Made by a program: the position numbers and the translations under genes. A stretch of 64,000 nucleotides of DNA, taken from NCBI GenBank assembly GCA_963638805.1, contig CAVHTI010000005.1:9064-73063 (forward strand), in the 5' to 3' direction. A model generated the notes under the pieces. The model was not told where the DNA came from and did no database searches. It saw nothing but the letters and a program-made list of their open reading frames with translations. Shown here piece by piece: positions 8,651 to 17,381 of this stretch (positions are counted from its first letter, which is position 1; each line of letters opens with the position of its first letter). This stretch comes from Anaerobutyricum sp. (GTDB lineage: Bacteria > Spirochaetota > Spirochaetia > Treponematales > Treponemataceae).

Positions 8651-10708
8651 CTATTTTTTCTGCAAAACAAGAACCGTCAAGTCATCTTTCAATGGCACGG
8701 AACTTGTAAAATTATTGAACGTTCCAAGTACATTATCAAGTTTTGACTGCGCCGAACCATTGCCACTTTCCGCAAATGCTTTTGCAACGCCATCTTGAGT
8801 AAATTCATCGCCATTTTTGTTATGAGATTCCGAAAGACAGTCCGTGTACATAATCAGGGCATCTCCTTCACTCATATTGAACTGAATGGCCGAAAAATCA
8901 ACGTCAAATCCCGGAATTCCTATAATGCCGCCGGACATTGCAGAAGAACTTTCTTCATCCTTTTTTTTCAGCTGAACCGGGTAACACTTTCCATTTTTCG
9001 CGCTCCGGAAAAAAACTGCCGGGTGGCCTGCGTTTATCAACTGAACTTTATTTCCGTCAGCCCTGAGCAAAAGCCCAGTAAGATAATTTTCAACGTCACC
9101 TTTTTCTGAAACAATCGCATTATTGATATTTTTCATTACAGTGCCAAGTTTTACACTCATGTCCGAAGTAAAATTTCTTGCAATAACAGTTTTGGCAAGC
9201 ATTGTTACAAGTCCAGAAGAAATTCCGTGCCCCGAAACATCAAAAAGTGCAATTCCGTCCAATTTTGTGCCCGTGTAGAAAAAATCATAAAGATCACCAG
9301 AAACCCCAGACATTGGTTTAAAAGTATAGGCAATTTCCCAATCCTTTAACTGCGGCACTCTTCTTGGATAAAACGACTGCTGAACCTGAACCGCAAGTTT
9401 CATATCATTATCCGCGGTCTGTTTTGCAAGTTCCAGTTTTTCGTTTAACTGAGTTAACTGCTGATTTGATTCAGATAATTCCTTAGTTCTTTCTTCAACT
9501 TCATCCTTTAAATGAACGTTCAGATATTCGGCTTCTTTACGCGCATTTGAAAAACGTCCCGCAAGAATAAAAAGAAGGGCAATCACAACCAGTTGCCACC
9601 CGATTGAAGTAAAGTACGGAAGATTATAAAACGCCGCAAAATTATGAAGAATCACATCAAGAAGTCCTGTAAAAATAAAAGGCGAAAATCCCCACAAAAG
9701 TGGCAGGGCGTCCTTCTTTTTTTGAATAACTCCTTTTATTACAAGAAAAAACACGTAAAGCATCGGCGGAATCAAAAACAACTGCGTCCAGGTTCTCATA
9801 GCGCGCAAGTGAACATAATCTTTGGCAAACAAAATCGCAATTACAGGAATTACAAGACAAATCCAGCGGACACACAAAACCGCAATATGATCTTTTTGTT
9901 TAAAAAATGCGTTAACAAATGACGGAATAAAGAAAACCATGAAAAACACAAGTCCGCTAGAAACAAGTTTCTGGAAAATCAGAAAATTCAAATTACTTGT
10001 GATGACAGACGGCAATTCCGGAATAAAAAATACACTCATATAAGCCGCCGAAACAAAATTTATAATCGCAAAAAACAAATTTTCTGATTCAACCTTGTGT
10101 CTGAGCCAGATCATAAAGTGGTAAAAGGCAATAATCACCATGAAAAACGCAATCAGGAAATTTAACTGAGAATTCCAGAATCTTGCGGCAGAACTTGCTT
10201 TTTTTACGTCCTCGTGAGTGCCTATAAACGGCGACGAAACAATGGAACCTTCGCCATTAACCCAGATTTCTACCAGAAGTTCGTTTTCTGACTCATAATT
10301 TAAAATTGTTTCTGGAATTTCGTAGAGGCGGACGGTGTTCCAGGCGGTAAATTCTTCCGGCGGAAAATATCCTTCGTTACCAATTAATGTTCCGTTTAAA
10401 TAAGTTTTGTCGGCAATTGTAATTCTTCCCAAAAATGCCGATAAATCTTCGTTTTTTAGTGATTCTGGAATTGTAAAAGTTTTTTTAAGCCATAAAGTTC
10501 CGTGTTTTCGTGGAACTAAGGTTTCCAGTTCTGATAATTTTGAATCATCAAGATTTTTAAAACTTTCAGGATTGAATTCCGGATTTTTTACCGTGTATTC
10601 CCAGCCTTTTGTTAAATCAATTCTTTCTGATTTTTTTGAATTCTGGCAGCCAGTAAAAACAAACGCCGTCAAAATAAAAAACAGAGCGAAAAATCGTAAA
10701 CTTTTCAT
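8651..10708 (-). CDS. 7TMR-DISM receptor fused to a PP2C/SpoIIE-type serine phosphatase (lipoprotein-type signal)
   Basis: Signal ending FTGC, an extracellular domain, about 7 TM helices, a coiled coil, then PP2C motifs GVSGDLYDFF, FDVSGHGISSG and MYTDCLSES. Confidence 0.8.
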   Translation of the reverse strand: MKSLRFFALFFILTAFVFTGCQNSKKSERIDLTKGWEYTVKNPEFNPESFKNLDDSKLSELETLVPRKHGTLWLKKTFTIPESLKNEDLSAFLGRITIADKTYLNGTLIGNEGYFPPEEFTAWNTVRLYEIPETILNYESENELLVEIWVNGEGSIVSSPFIGTHEDVKKASSAARFWNSQLNFLIAFFMVIIAFYHFMIWLRHKVESENLFFAIINFVSAAYMSVFFIPELPSVITSNLNFLIFQKLVSSGLVFFMVFFIPSFVNAFFKQKDHIAVLCVRWICLVIPVIAILFAKDYVHLRAMRTWTQLFLIPPMLYVFFLVIKGVIQKKKDALPLLWGFSPFIFTGLLDVILHNFAAFYNLPYFTSIGWQLVVIALLFILAGRFSNARKEAEYLNVHLKDEVEERTKELSESNQQLTQLNEKLELAKQTADNDMKLAVQVQQSFYPRRVPQLKDWEIAYTFKPMSGVSGDLYDFFYTGTKLDGIALFDVSGHGISSGLVTMLAKTVIARNFTSDMSVKLGTVMKNINNAIVSEKGDVENYLTGLLLRADGNKVQLINAGHPAVFFRSAKNGKCYPVQLKKKDEESSSAMSGGIIGIPGFDVDFSAIQFNMSEGDALIMYTDCLSESHNKNGDEFTQDGVAKAFAESGNGSAQSKLDNVLGTFNNFTSSVPLKDDLTVLVLQKK

Positions 10709-10851
10709 AAATTACCTCATTAAATCACTTTACAAATCTTAAATTGTAGTAATAGTTATTATATCTTTTTGATAGTTTAACTATCACTACAAAAACATTA
10801 TTATTTGAAAAGAGTTTATTGTCAAACAATTTTTCGATATAATCTTGATTT

Positions 10852-11772
10852 ATGGAAGAAAATACAAACGAAAAACCTTTAAGAACCGGAGTTGTTGCAA
10901 TTATTGGACGCCCCTCTGCCGGAAAATCTACTTTTTTGAACACTGCATGCCAGGTTGATGTGAGCATTGTTTCGCCTATTCCTCAGACAACACGAAACGC
11001 AATTAAAGGAATTGTAAATACTTCGTATGGTCAGCTTATTTTTATTGATACGCCGGGCTATCATAATTCGGATAAAAAACTGAATCTGCGATTAAAAAAT
11101 GTTACGGAAAGTCAGCTGAACGGAATTGACTGCGTACTTTATGTTATAGATTCAACGCGAGATATTGGTGAGGAAGAAATGCTCACCGCCGAACTTGTAA
11201 AAAAACTTCAGGCAAAAACAGTCGTTGCCATAAATAAAATTGACGACAGGCAAAGTCACCCGGAAAAAGTCCAGAAATTTATTTCAGAAACGCTGCCATT
11301 AATTCCTCAGGAGCGGATTTTTACAATGTCTGCAAAAAATGATACCGGAATTAACGAAATTTTAAAGGCGCTTTATATGATTTCGCCGGAAGGCCAGCCG
11401 GTTTATGATGAAGAAACTTACACGGATCAGAATTTAACTTTCCGCATTGCAGAAGTTATCCGCGGAGAAGCAATAAATCGTCTGCAAGATGAAATTCCTC
11501 ACGCAGTTTATGTTGAAGTTGCGGACGTTGAACATCGCAGTGAAGGCAAAAAACTGTGGATTCGGGCATTTTTGTGCGTTGAACGTGACAGTCAAAAAGG
11601 CATTGTAATTGGCAAAGGTGCCTCAAAAATCAAAGAAATCCGAGTTGCCGCAATCAAAAAACTCAGCCAGATTTATATCCAGAAAATTGACCTTGATTTG
11701 CAGGTAAAAGTTGACAAAAACTGGCGTCAGCGAGATTACACAATAAATCGTCTTGTGCCGGAAAATCAGTAA
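10852..11772 (+). CDS. era: GTPase Era
   Basis: G1 GRPSAGKST, G3 DTPG, G4 NKID and a C-terminal KH domain (VIGKGASKIKEI). Confidence 0.95.
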   Translation: MEENTNEKPLRTGVVAIIGRPSAGKSTFLNTACQVDVSIVSPIPQTTRNAIKGIVNTSYGQLIFIDTPGYHNSDKKLNLRLKNVTESQLNGIDCVLYVIDSTRDIGEEEMLTAELVKKLQAKTVVAINKIDDRQSHPEKVQKFISETLPLIPQERIFTMSAKNDTGINEILKALYMISPEGQPVYDEETYTDQNLTFRIAEVIRGEAINRLQDEIPHAVYVEVADVEHRSEGKKLWIRAFLCVERDSQKGIVIGKGASKIKEIRVAAIKKLSQIYIQKIDLDLQVKVDKNWRQRDYTINRLVPENQ

Positions 11773-11847
11773 AGGGAAGATTTTACAAAGTACGAGCTAA
11801 TTTCCCCGTGATTGTAAAAAAACTTGCATTCTTCTAAAATCAGTGAT

Positions 11848-13440
11848 ATGAAAAAAATTGATATTCTTGATTCGACTTTGCGTGATGGTTCCCAAGGGGA
11901 AGGTATTAGCTATTCTGTCCAGGACAAGATTCATATTTGTCAGGCACTGGATGAACTTGGAATTCAATATATTGAAGCAGGAAATCCCGGAAGTAATCCT
12001 AAGGATATGGAATTCTTTCAGGAAATTAAGAAAATTCAGTTTAAAAATTCACAGATTTGTGCTTTTGGCTCAACTCGCCGTAAAGATATAAAATGTTCGG
12101 AAGATTCTAATTTGCAGAGTCTTCTTGCTGCGGACACTAAATATTGCGTAATTTTCGGAAAATCATGGACATTTCAGGTTACTGATATTATCAGAACGAC
12201 TTTGGAAGAAAATCTGAAGATGATTCAGGAAACTTGTGCGTTTCTTAAAGAAAACGGTCGTACAGTTTTTTATGATGCGGAGCATTTTTTCACGGCATAC
12301 GCAGAAGATCGTGATTACGCATTTAAAACTTTGCAGGCCGCAATTGATGGTGGCGCCGAAGTTTTGTGTCTTTGCGAAACAAAAGGCGGTTTTATGATTG
12401 ACGATTTGCGAAAAGCTGTCGCCGATGTCGTAAAAACTTTTGGTTCAAAGGCAAAAATTGGAATTCATACTCATAATGATTCAGGACTTGCGGTTGCAAA
12501 TTCTCTGGTTGCGGTTTCAGAAGGTGCCGTTCATGTTCAAGGTGTCCTTCTTGGATTTGGTGAAAGAACCGGAAACGCAAATCTTTCGACAATTATCCCT
12601 GATTTGCAGTTAAAAATGGGGTACGACTGTATTCCATCAGAAAATATAAAAAATCTTACGGCAATTTGTAAACGTGTAAGTGAAATTACAAATATCAGTC
12701 TTGGTGCTCAGTTGCCTTATGTTGGTTCTTCTGCATTTGCACACAAGGCGGGAATGCACATTGATGCAGTTCTTAAAAATCCGGAAGCTTATGAGCATAT
12801 TTCACCGGAAACTGTAGGAAACAGTCGTGTATTCCTTATGAGTGAAGTTGCCGGCCGAAGTACGATCATAGAAAAAGTCCAGAAATTTGCACCGTCAATC
12901 AAAAAAGATGATCCTGTTGTAAAAGACATTATTGCAAAAATGAAGGAACTTGAATTCCAGGGTTATCAGTTTGAAGGTGCCGACGGCAGTTTTGAATTAA
13001 TGGTCAGAAAAATGATAGGTCAGTATCAGCCGTTCTTTAAATTGCATTATTATCAGACTAATGGTTCTAATCCGCGCCCTGAAGAAGGCGTTTGCTGTTG
13101 TGCCCAGACCAAAGTTGAAGTTGACGGTCAGATTGAAATAACGGCCGGCGAAGGTGACGGTCCTGTAAATGCTTTGGATATTGCGTTGCGTAAGGCTCTT
13201 GAACATTTTTATCCTGCTGTTTCAAAAATCCGCCTGGTTGACTTTAAAGTTAGAGTTTTGGACGGAAAATCTGCGACGGCGGCTAAGGTCCGCGTAATAA
13301 TTGAAAGTACGGACGGCGAGGCTAACTGGACGACCGTGGGCGTAAGTCAGGACTTGATTGAAGCTTCATGGATTGCTCTTGTTGATTCGTTTGAATACAA
13401 ACTTATCCGTGACATTGAAAAGCGATACAAAAGATTTTAA
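11848..13440 (+). CDS. cimA: (R)-citramalate synthase / 2-isopropylmalate synthase family
   Basis: MKKIDILDSTLRDGSQGEGISYS, IHTHNDSGLAVANS and a C-terminal LeuA-type regulatory domain (GDGPVNALDIALRKAL). The N-terminus resembles the CimA subfamily. The ORF-track TTG 11824 was trimmed to ATG 11848. Confidence 0.75.
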   Translation: MKKIDILDSTLRDGSQGEGISYSVQDKIHICQALDELGIQYIEAGNPGSNPKDMEFFQEIKKIQFKNSQICAFGSTRRKDIKCSEDSNLQSLLAADTKYCVIFGKSWTFQVTDIIRTTLEENLKMIQETCAFLKENGRTVFYDAEHFFTAYAEDRDYAFKTLQAAIDGGAEVLCLCETKGGFMIDDLRKAVADVVKTFGSKAKIGIHTHNDSGLAVANSLVAVSEGAVHVQGVLLGFGERTGNANLSTIIPDLQLKMGYDCIPSENIKNLTAICKRVSEITNISLGAQLPYVGSSAFAHKAGMHIDAVLKNPEAYEHISPETVGNSRVFLMSEVAGRSTIIEKVQKFAPSIKKDDPVVKDIIAKMKELEFQGYQFEGADGSFELMVRKMIGQYQPFFKLHYYQTNGSNPRPEEGVCCCAQTKVEVDGQIEITAGEGDGPVNALDIALRKALEHFYPAVSKIRLVDFKVRVLDGKSATAAKVRVIIESTDGEANWTTVGVSQDLIEASWIALVDSFEYKLIRDIEKRYKRF

Positions 13441-13457
13441 AAAAAAGGAGATGTAAT

Positions 13458-13493
13458 AAAAACTTTGCCTGGAATAGCGTCAAAGTTTTTATT
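13458..13493 (+). terminator. Terminator-like hairpin after cimA
   Basis: 10-bp stem AAAAACTTTG/CAAAGTTTTT with a 13-nt loop, running into TTTTTATT. Confidence 0.55.
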
Positions 13494-13613
13494 CACAAGT
13501 TTGCGTCGCAAACTTAATTATCTACTGCACATTCTCATTTCATTGCGAATGTGCTTAAAAAGTCAAATCGGAAATTGATATTTCCTCATTGACTTTTTAT
13601 GGGAGATATTTTT

Positions 13614-14702
13614 ATGGAAAAGACAATTGCTCTTATTCCAGGTGATGGAATTGGTCCTGATGTTGTTGCAGAAGCTGTAAAAGTGCTTGATGCAGTTGCA
13701 AAAAAGTATGGTCACAAATGGAACTATACTCATGTTCTGGCAGGCGGATGTGCTATTGATAAATTTGGTCATCCACTTCCAAAAGAACAGCTCCAGATTT
13801 GTCTTGATTCTGATGCTGCATTGCTTGGTGCCGTTGGTGGTCCAAAATGGGATAATCTTCCATCTGAAATTCGTCCTGAAAAGGCCCTGCTTGGAATGCG
13901 TGGCGGAATGAAAGTTTTTGCAAATCTTCGTCCGGCTGTAATGTTTAAGCAGCTTAAAGATGCTTGTCCACTTAAAGACGAAATTGTCGGTGATGGACTT
14001 GATATTCTTATTGTTCGTGAATTAACTGGTGGTATTTATTTTGGCGAAAGAGGAACTTCTGAAGACGGAAATACTGCCTGGGATACAGAAAAATATACTC
14101 GTCCTGAAATTGAAAGAATTGTAAGAATGGGTTTTGAATATGCAATGAATCGTCAGAAAAGACTTTGCGTTGTAGATAAAGCTAACATTTTGAACAGTTC
14201 CCAGTTGTGGCGCCGTGTTGCAGAAGACGTTAAAAAAGATTATCCGGAAGTTGCACTTTCTTATCTTTACATTGATAACGCTTCTATGCAGATGGTAAGA
14301 AATCCTAAACAGTTTGATGTTATTGCAACTTCAAATATGTTTGGTGATATTCTTTCTGATGAAGCTTCGCAAATTACAGGTTCAATTGGTATGCTTGCGT
14401 CTGCATCTTTGGGCGATGGAACAGGTCCTGGCCTTTATGAGCCAATTCACGGTTCTGCACCGGATATTGCCGGTAAAAACCTTGCAAACCCACTTGCAAC
14501 AATTCTTTCTGCAGCAATGCTTTTGCGCTATAGCTTTAAACTTGAAACAGAAGCTAAAGCAATTGAAGATGCAGTTCAGGCCGTTCTTGATGAAGGCTGG
14601 AGAACTGGTGATATTGCGGGTTCTCATCTTGCAGAAGTAAAAGCTGCCGGAAAACTTCTTGGAACTAAAGAAATGGGCCAGAAAGTTGCTGATAAGATCT
14701 AA
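13614..14702 (+). CDS. leuB: 3-isopropylmalate dehydrogenase
   Basis: [23 protein letters not shown] and GSAPDIAGK. Start trimmed to ATG 13614, with GGGAG 8 nt upstream. Confidence 0.9.
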   Translation: MEKTIALIPGDGIGPDVVAEAVKVLDAVAKKYGHKWNYTHVLAGGCAIDKFGHPLPKEQLQICLDSDAALLGAVGGPKWDNLPSEIRPEKALLGMRGGMKVFANLRPAVMFKQLKDACPLKDEIVGDGLDILIVRELTGGIYFGERGTSEDGNTAWDTEKYTRPEIERIVRMGFEYAMNRQKRLCVVDKANILNSSQLWRRVAEDVKKDYPEVALSYLYIDNASMQMVRNPKQFDVIATSNMFGDILSDEASQITGSIGMLASASLGDGTGPGLYEPIHGSAPDIAGKNLANPLATILSAAMLLRYSFKLETEAKAIEDAVQAVLDEGWRTGDIAGSHLAEVKAAGKLLGTKEMGQKVADKI

Positions 14703-14734
14703 AAACTGAAATTTTTAGAAGATTTATGAAAAAG

Positions 14735-14768
14735 ACCGTTCTGATTTTACTTACAGGACGGTTTTTTT
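14735..14768 (+). terminator. Rho-independent terminator after leuB
   Basis: ACCGTTCTG / CAGGACGGT stem (one G-U pair) followed by T7. Confidence 0.8.
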
Positions 14769-14769
14769 A

Positions 14770-15053
14770 TTGAAGGTATAAAAGTACCTTCAAAATGGCG
14801 ATGTCAAGGCCCTGAGTGAAGCGTGCCTTGACGCGACTTATTGAAGGTATAAAAGTACCTTCAAAACGGCGATGTCAAGGCCTTGAGCGAAGCGTGCCTT
14901 GACGCGACTTATTGAAGGTATAGAAGTACCTTCAAAATGGCGATGTCAAGGCCCTGAGCGAAGCGTGCCTTGACGCGACTTATTGAAGGTATAAAAGTAC
15001 CTTCAAAATGGCGATGTCAAGGCCTTGAGCGAAGCGTGCCTTGACGCGACTTA
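14770..15053. repeat. Tandem array of four complete 71-bp units, plus a degenerate fifth unit to about 15076
   Basis: Units start at 14770, 14841, 14912 and 14983 (period exactly 71). Each unit is TTGAAGGTATAAAAGTACCTTCAAAATGGCGATGTCAAGGCCCTGAGTGAAGCGTGCCTTGACGCGACTTA, with 4 variable sites in total. Confidence 0.95.
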
Positions 15054-15076
15054 TATAAGGTATAAAAATACTTTCA

Positions 15077-15320
15077 GCGTAAGCGATTGTAGCAGCCGCG
15101 AAGACTGTTTCAACAGCCGAAGCGGAAGCCCGGAGCGGCACTATTTGTGCCGCGAGGACTTTGGAGCGAACAGCGGAATTGCGCGATGTTTTGTTTTCCT
15201 TACGAATGTAAAATAGAAAACAAAACTCGTGAGTGAAGCGTAGATAGCGCGACCCTGGCAGGCGGTTTTTACAAAAAATTAACGGTTTTCTGTAGATTCC
15301 GCCGGACAGGGGATACGCCC
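15077..15320 (+). repeat. Dispersed hairpin-rich intergenic element, copy A (full length)
   Basis: 5' module GCGTAAGCGATTGTAGCAGCCGCGAAG, hairpins at 15103-15118 and 15135-15153, linker GGAGCGAACAGCGGAATTGCG, an 11-bp A/T hairpin at 15188-15226, CTCGTGAGTGAAGCGTA, and 3' end GGGGATACGCCC. Shares modules with copies B-F. Confidence 0.8.
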
Positions 15321-15341
15321 ATATTAGGAATGGGAGAGAAA

Positions 15342-16625
15342 ATGAATAGTTCTTTGCTTGATTATATTTTGTGGCGCGGAGATTTGAGTTTTGAACAGTG
15401 CGAATTTGGCGAAATTGACGCCTGCATTCTTGCTCATCTGGCGTATGAACATATTGAAGGTCTTGTGAGTTCGTCTTTTTCGCAGGGAATTACGCTTGCT
15501 GACCTTGCGGAAAATTTTAAAAAAACGGCGAATTTGCGCGAAAGAACGAGCATGGGCTATGGAATTAATCCTAAAACACCGGAAATTTTGTATAAATGCG
15601 GAGAATCAAGGCGTTTTGGCGGAATAAAAGTCTGCGGTTTGTGCGAAAATTTAAGTGAAGAAAAAAACGAACAGTTTGCGGCAATGACTTTTGTGATTGA
15701 TAAAACTGCCGTGATTGTTTTTCGGGGCACGGACGATACCGTTACCGGCTGGTGTGAAGATTTACTTCTAGCAAAAAATCCGGTTTTGCCTTCTCATACT
15801 GACGGTTTAAACTATTTTAATAAGGCGGCGTCATTTTTTAAGAAAAATCTGATTATTCTGGGACATTCAAAAGGCGGGACTGTTGCCGTTTATTGTGCCG
15901 TAAAAACTTCTGCGGCGGTTCAAAAAAGAATTCTTGCGGTTTATAACATGGACGGACCGGGCTGGCCAAAAGATTTTTACAAAACTGATGAATATAAAAA
16001 GGTGGAAAACCGCATACTTTCGGTTTATCCGGAAAGTGATATTGTCGGCAAAGTTTTTTATCCTACGGCAAAATATAAAATCATAAAGTCGGACGGGGTG
16101 GGAATTCAGCAGCACGATATGTTGAACTGGCATTGTGAAGGAAAATTTCTTTGCGAGGCGGAAGATTACACGGAAGACAGCAAAATTTTCTTTAAAAGCG
16201 TTAATGAATGGTATGAAAATGTGAGCGAGCCTTCCCGCCAAAGATTTATAGATACTCTGATAGAAATTTACAGGGCGAGCGGTTATAAAAATAATTTTGA
16301 TTTAATGAATAATAAAATTAATGCAACAAAAAATATGCTCGCTGAATATAATAAACTTGATAAAGAAACTAAAGCGGTCGTGAAAAAGGTTCTGTCAACG
16401 CTTGGCAAGGTACTTGTTTCTGAACTGCCGATTTTTAATTTTTTCAGGGAAGATTTTATAAAACTTTCCGCCAAAAAAGGCGTTGAAAAAATTGCTCAGA
16501 TTGTAAAAGAAATTAAAATGCAGGGCACAGAAAATCAGCCGGATTCTGAAAATTCAAAACTTTGCTTGCCGGATAATACAAATAATGATGACGAAAAATC
16601 CCATCAGGATTATTGCGGCGACTAA
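15342..16625 (+). CDS. DUF2974 / Mbeg1-like alpha/beta-hydrolase (lipase-like) protein
   Basis: N-terminal LLDYILWRGDLSF...LAHLAYE pattern and GHSKGG nucleophile elbow, as in the Mbeg1-like family. Start trimmed to ATG 15342 after GGGAGAG. Confidence 0.65.
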   Translation: MNSSLLDYILWRGDLSFEQCEFGEIDACILAHLAYEHIEGLVSSSFSQGITLADLAENFKKTANLRERTSMGYGINPKTPEILYKCGESRRFGGIKVCGLCENLSEEKNEQFAAMTFVIDKTAVIVFRGTDDTVTGWCEDLLLAKNPVLPSHTDGLNYFNKAASFFKKNLIILGHSKGGTVAVYCAVKTSAAVQKRILAVYNMDGPGWPKDFYKTDEYKKVENRILSVYPESDIVGKVFYPTAKYKIIKSDGVGIQQHDMLNWHCEGKFLCEAEDYTEDSKIFFKSVNEWYENVSEPSRQRFIDTLIEIYRASGYKNNFDLMNNKINATKNMLAEYNKLDKETKAVVKKVLSTLGKVLVSELPIFNFFREDFIKLSAKKGVEKIAQIVKEIKMQGTENQPDSENSKLCLPDNTNNDDEKSHQDYCGD

Positions 16626-16753
16626 GTTTTTAAAAATGCGGAGAAGGGTGGTTTTGTGCCGTGCGCTTACTTACTTCCGTGTGCCTTACTTTACTAAAAG
16701 GCGGAATTCTGATAAAGTTTTAAAACTTTTAGGATATAAGGAGCTTTAAGAAA

Positions 16754-17305
16754 ATGGGTAAGTTAGTTATTGAAGCTAAAACTCGAACGGTAACAGGTAA
16801 AACTGCTGCTAAAAATCTTCGCAAAGTAGGTCGTATCCCAGCTGTAGTTTACAATTCAAAAGGTGAAGCTACATCTATCGACGTTGACGAAGTTGAATTC
16901 AACAAGGTTTGGAGAAACATCACTCCATCTACATCAATCGTACTTAAGGTTGACGGAAAAGAATCTGCAGCTTTAATTAAAGACGCTGAATACAACATCA
17001 GAACTGACAAAGTTCTTCATGCTGATTTCTTTGCACCAAACGCTGATGAAAAATTAATTTACAATATTAAGATTCATTACACAGGAACTCCTGCTGGTCA
17101 ATTGAAAGGTGGTTTCAAGAAAGAACGCAACAATGTTGTAAAAGTAAAGGCTGTTATTGCAGACTTGCCAGAAACAATCACTGCTGATATTTCTAAAATC
17201 GGAATTAGTGAATGTCTGCGCGTAAAAGATCTTGATCTTGGAAAGAAAGTTGAAGTTCTTACAGACCCAGAACTTCCATTAGTAACTGTTTCTCCAGCTC
17301 GCTAA
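16754..17305 (+). CDS. rplY: 50S ribosomal protein L25 / general stress protein Ctc
   Basis: 183 aa, RKVGRIPAVVY motif, two-domain Ctc length. AAGGAG lies upstream. Confidence 0.9.
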   Translation: MGKLVIEAKTRTVTGKTAAKNLRKVGRIPAVVYNSKGEATSIDVDEVEFNKVWRNITPSTSIVLKVDGKESAALIKDAEYNIRTDKVLHADFFAPNADEKLIYNIKIHYTGTPAGQLKGGFKKERNNVVKVKAVIADLPETITADISKIGISECLRVKDLDLGKKVEVLTDPELPLVTVSPAR

Positions 17306-17325
17306 TAGTTTTTTCTGATTTATGA

Positions 17326-17361
17326 AAGGCTGTCATTTTTTAAGTGGCAGCCTTTTTTTTT
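17326..17361 (+). terminator. Rho-independent terminator after rplY
   Basis: AAGGCTGTCA / TGGCAGCCTT stem followed by T9. Confidence 0.8.
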
Positions 17362-17381
17362 AAGGAAATATTAGTACTTTT

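Noticed and set aside
13447-13456. AGGAG followed immediately by ATG-TAA (a start-stop mini-ORF) as a leader peptide for leuB attenuation.
   Set aside because: The Shine-Dalgarno to ATG spacing is essentially zero and the ORF encodes only Met. It contains no Leu, Ile or Val codons.
14770-15053. Possible CRISPR array, because of regularly spaced direct repeats.
   Set aside because: The units are contiguous (period equals unit length, 71 bp) with no unique spacers. No cas genes are in the window. This is a plain tandem repeat.
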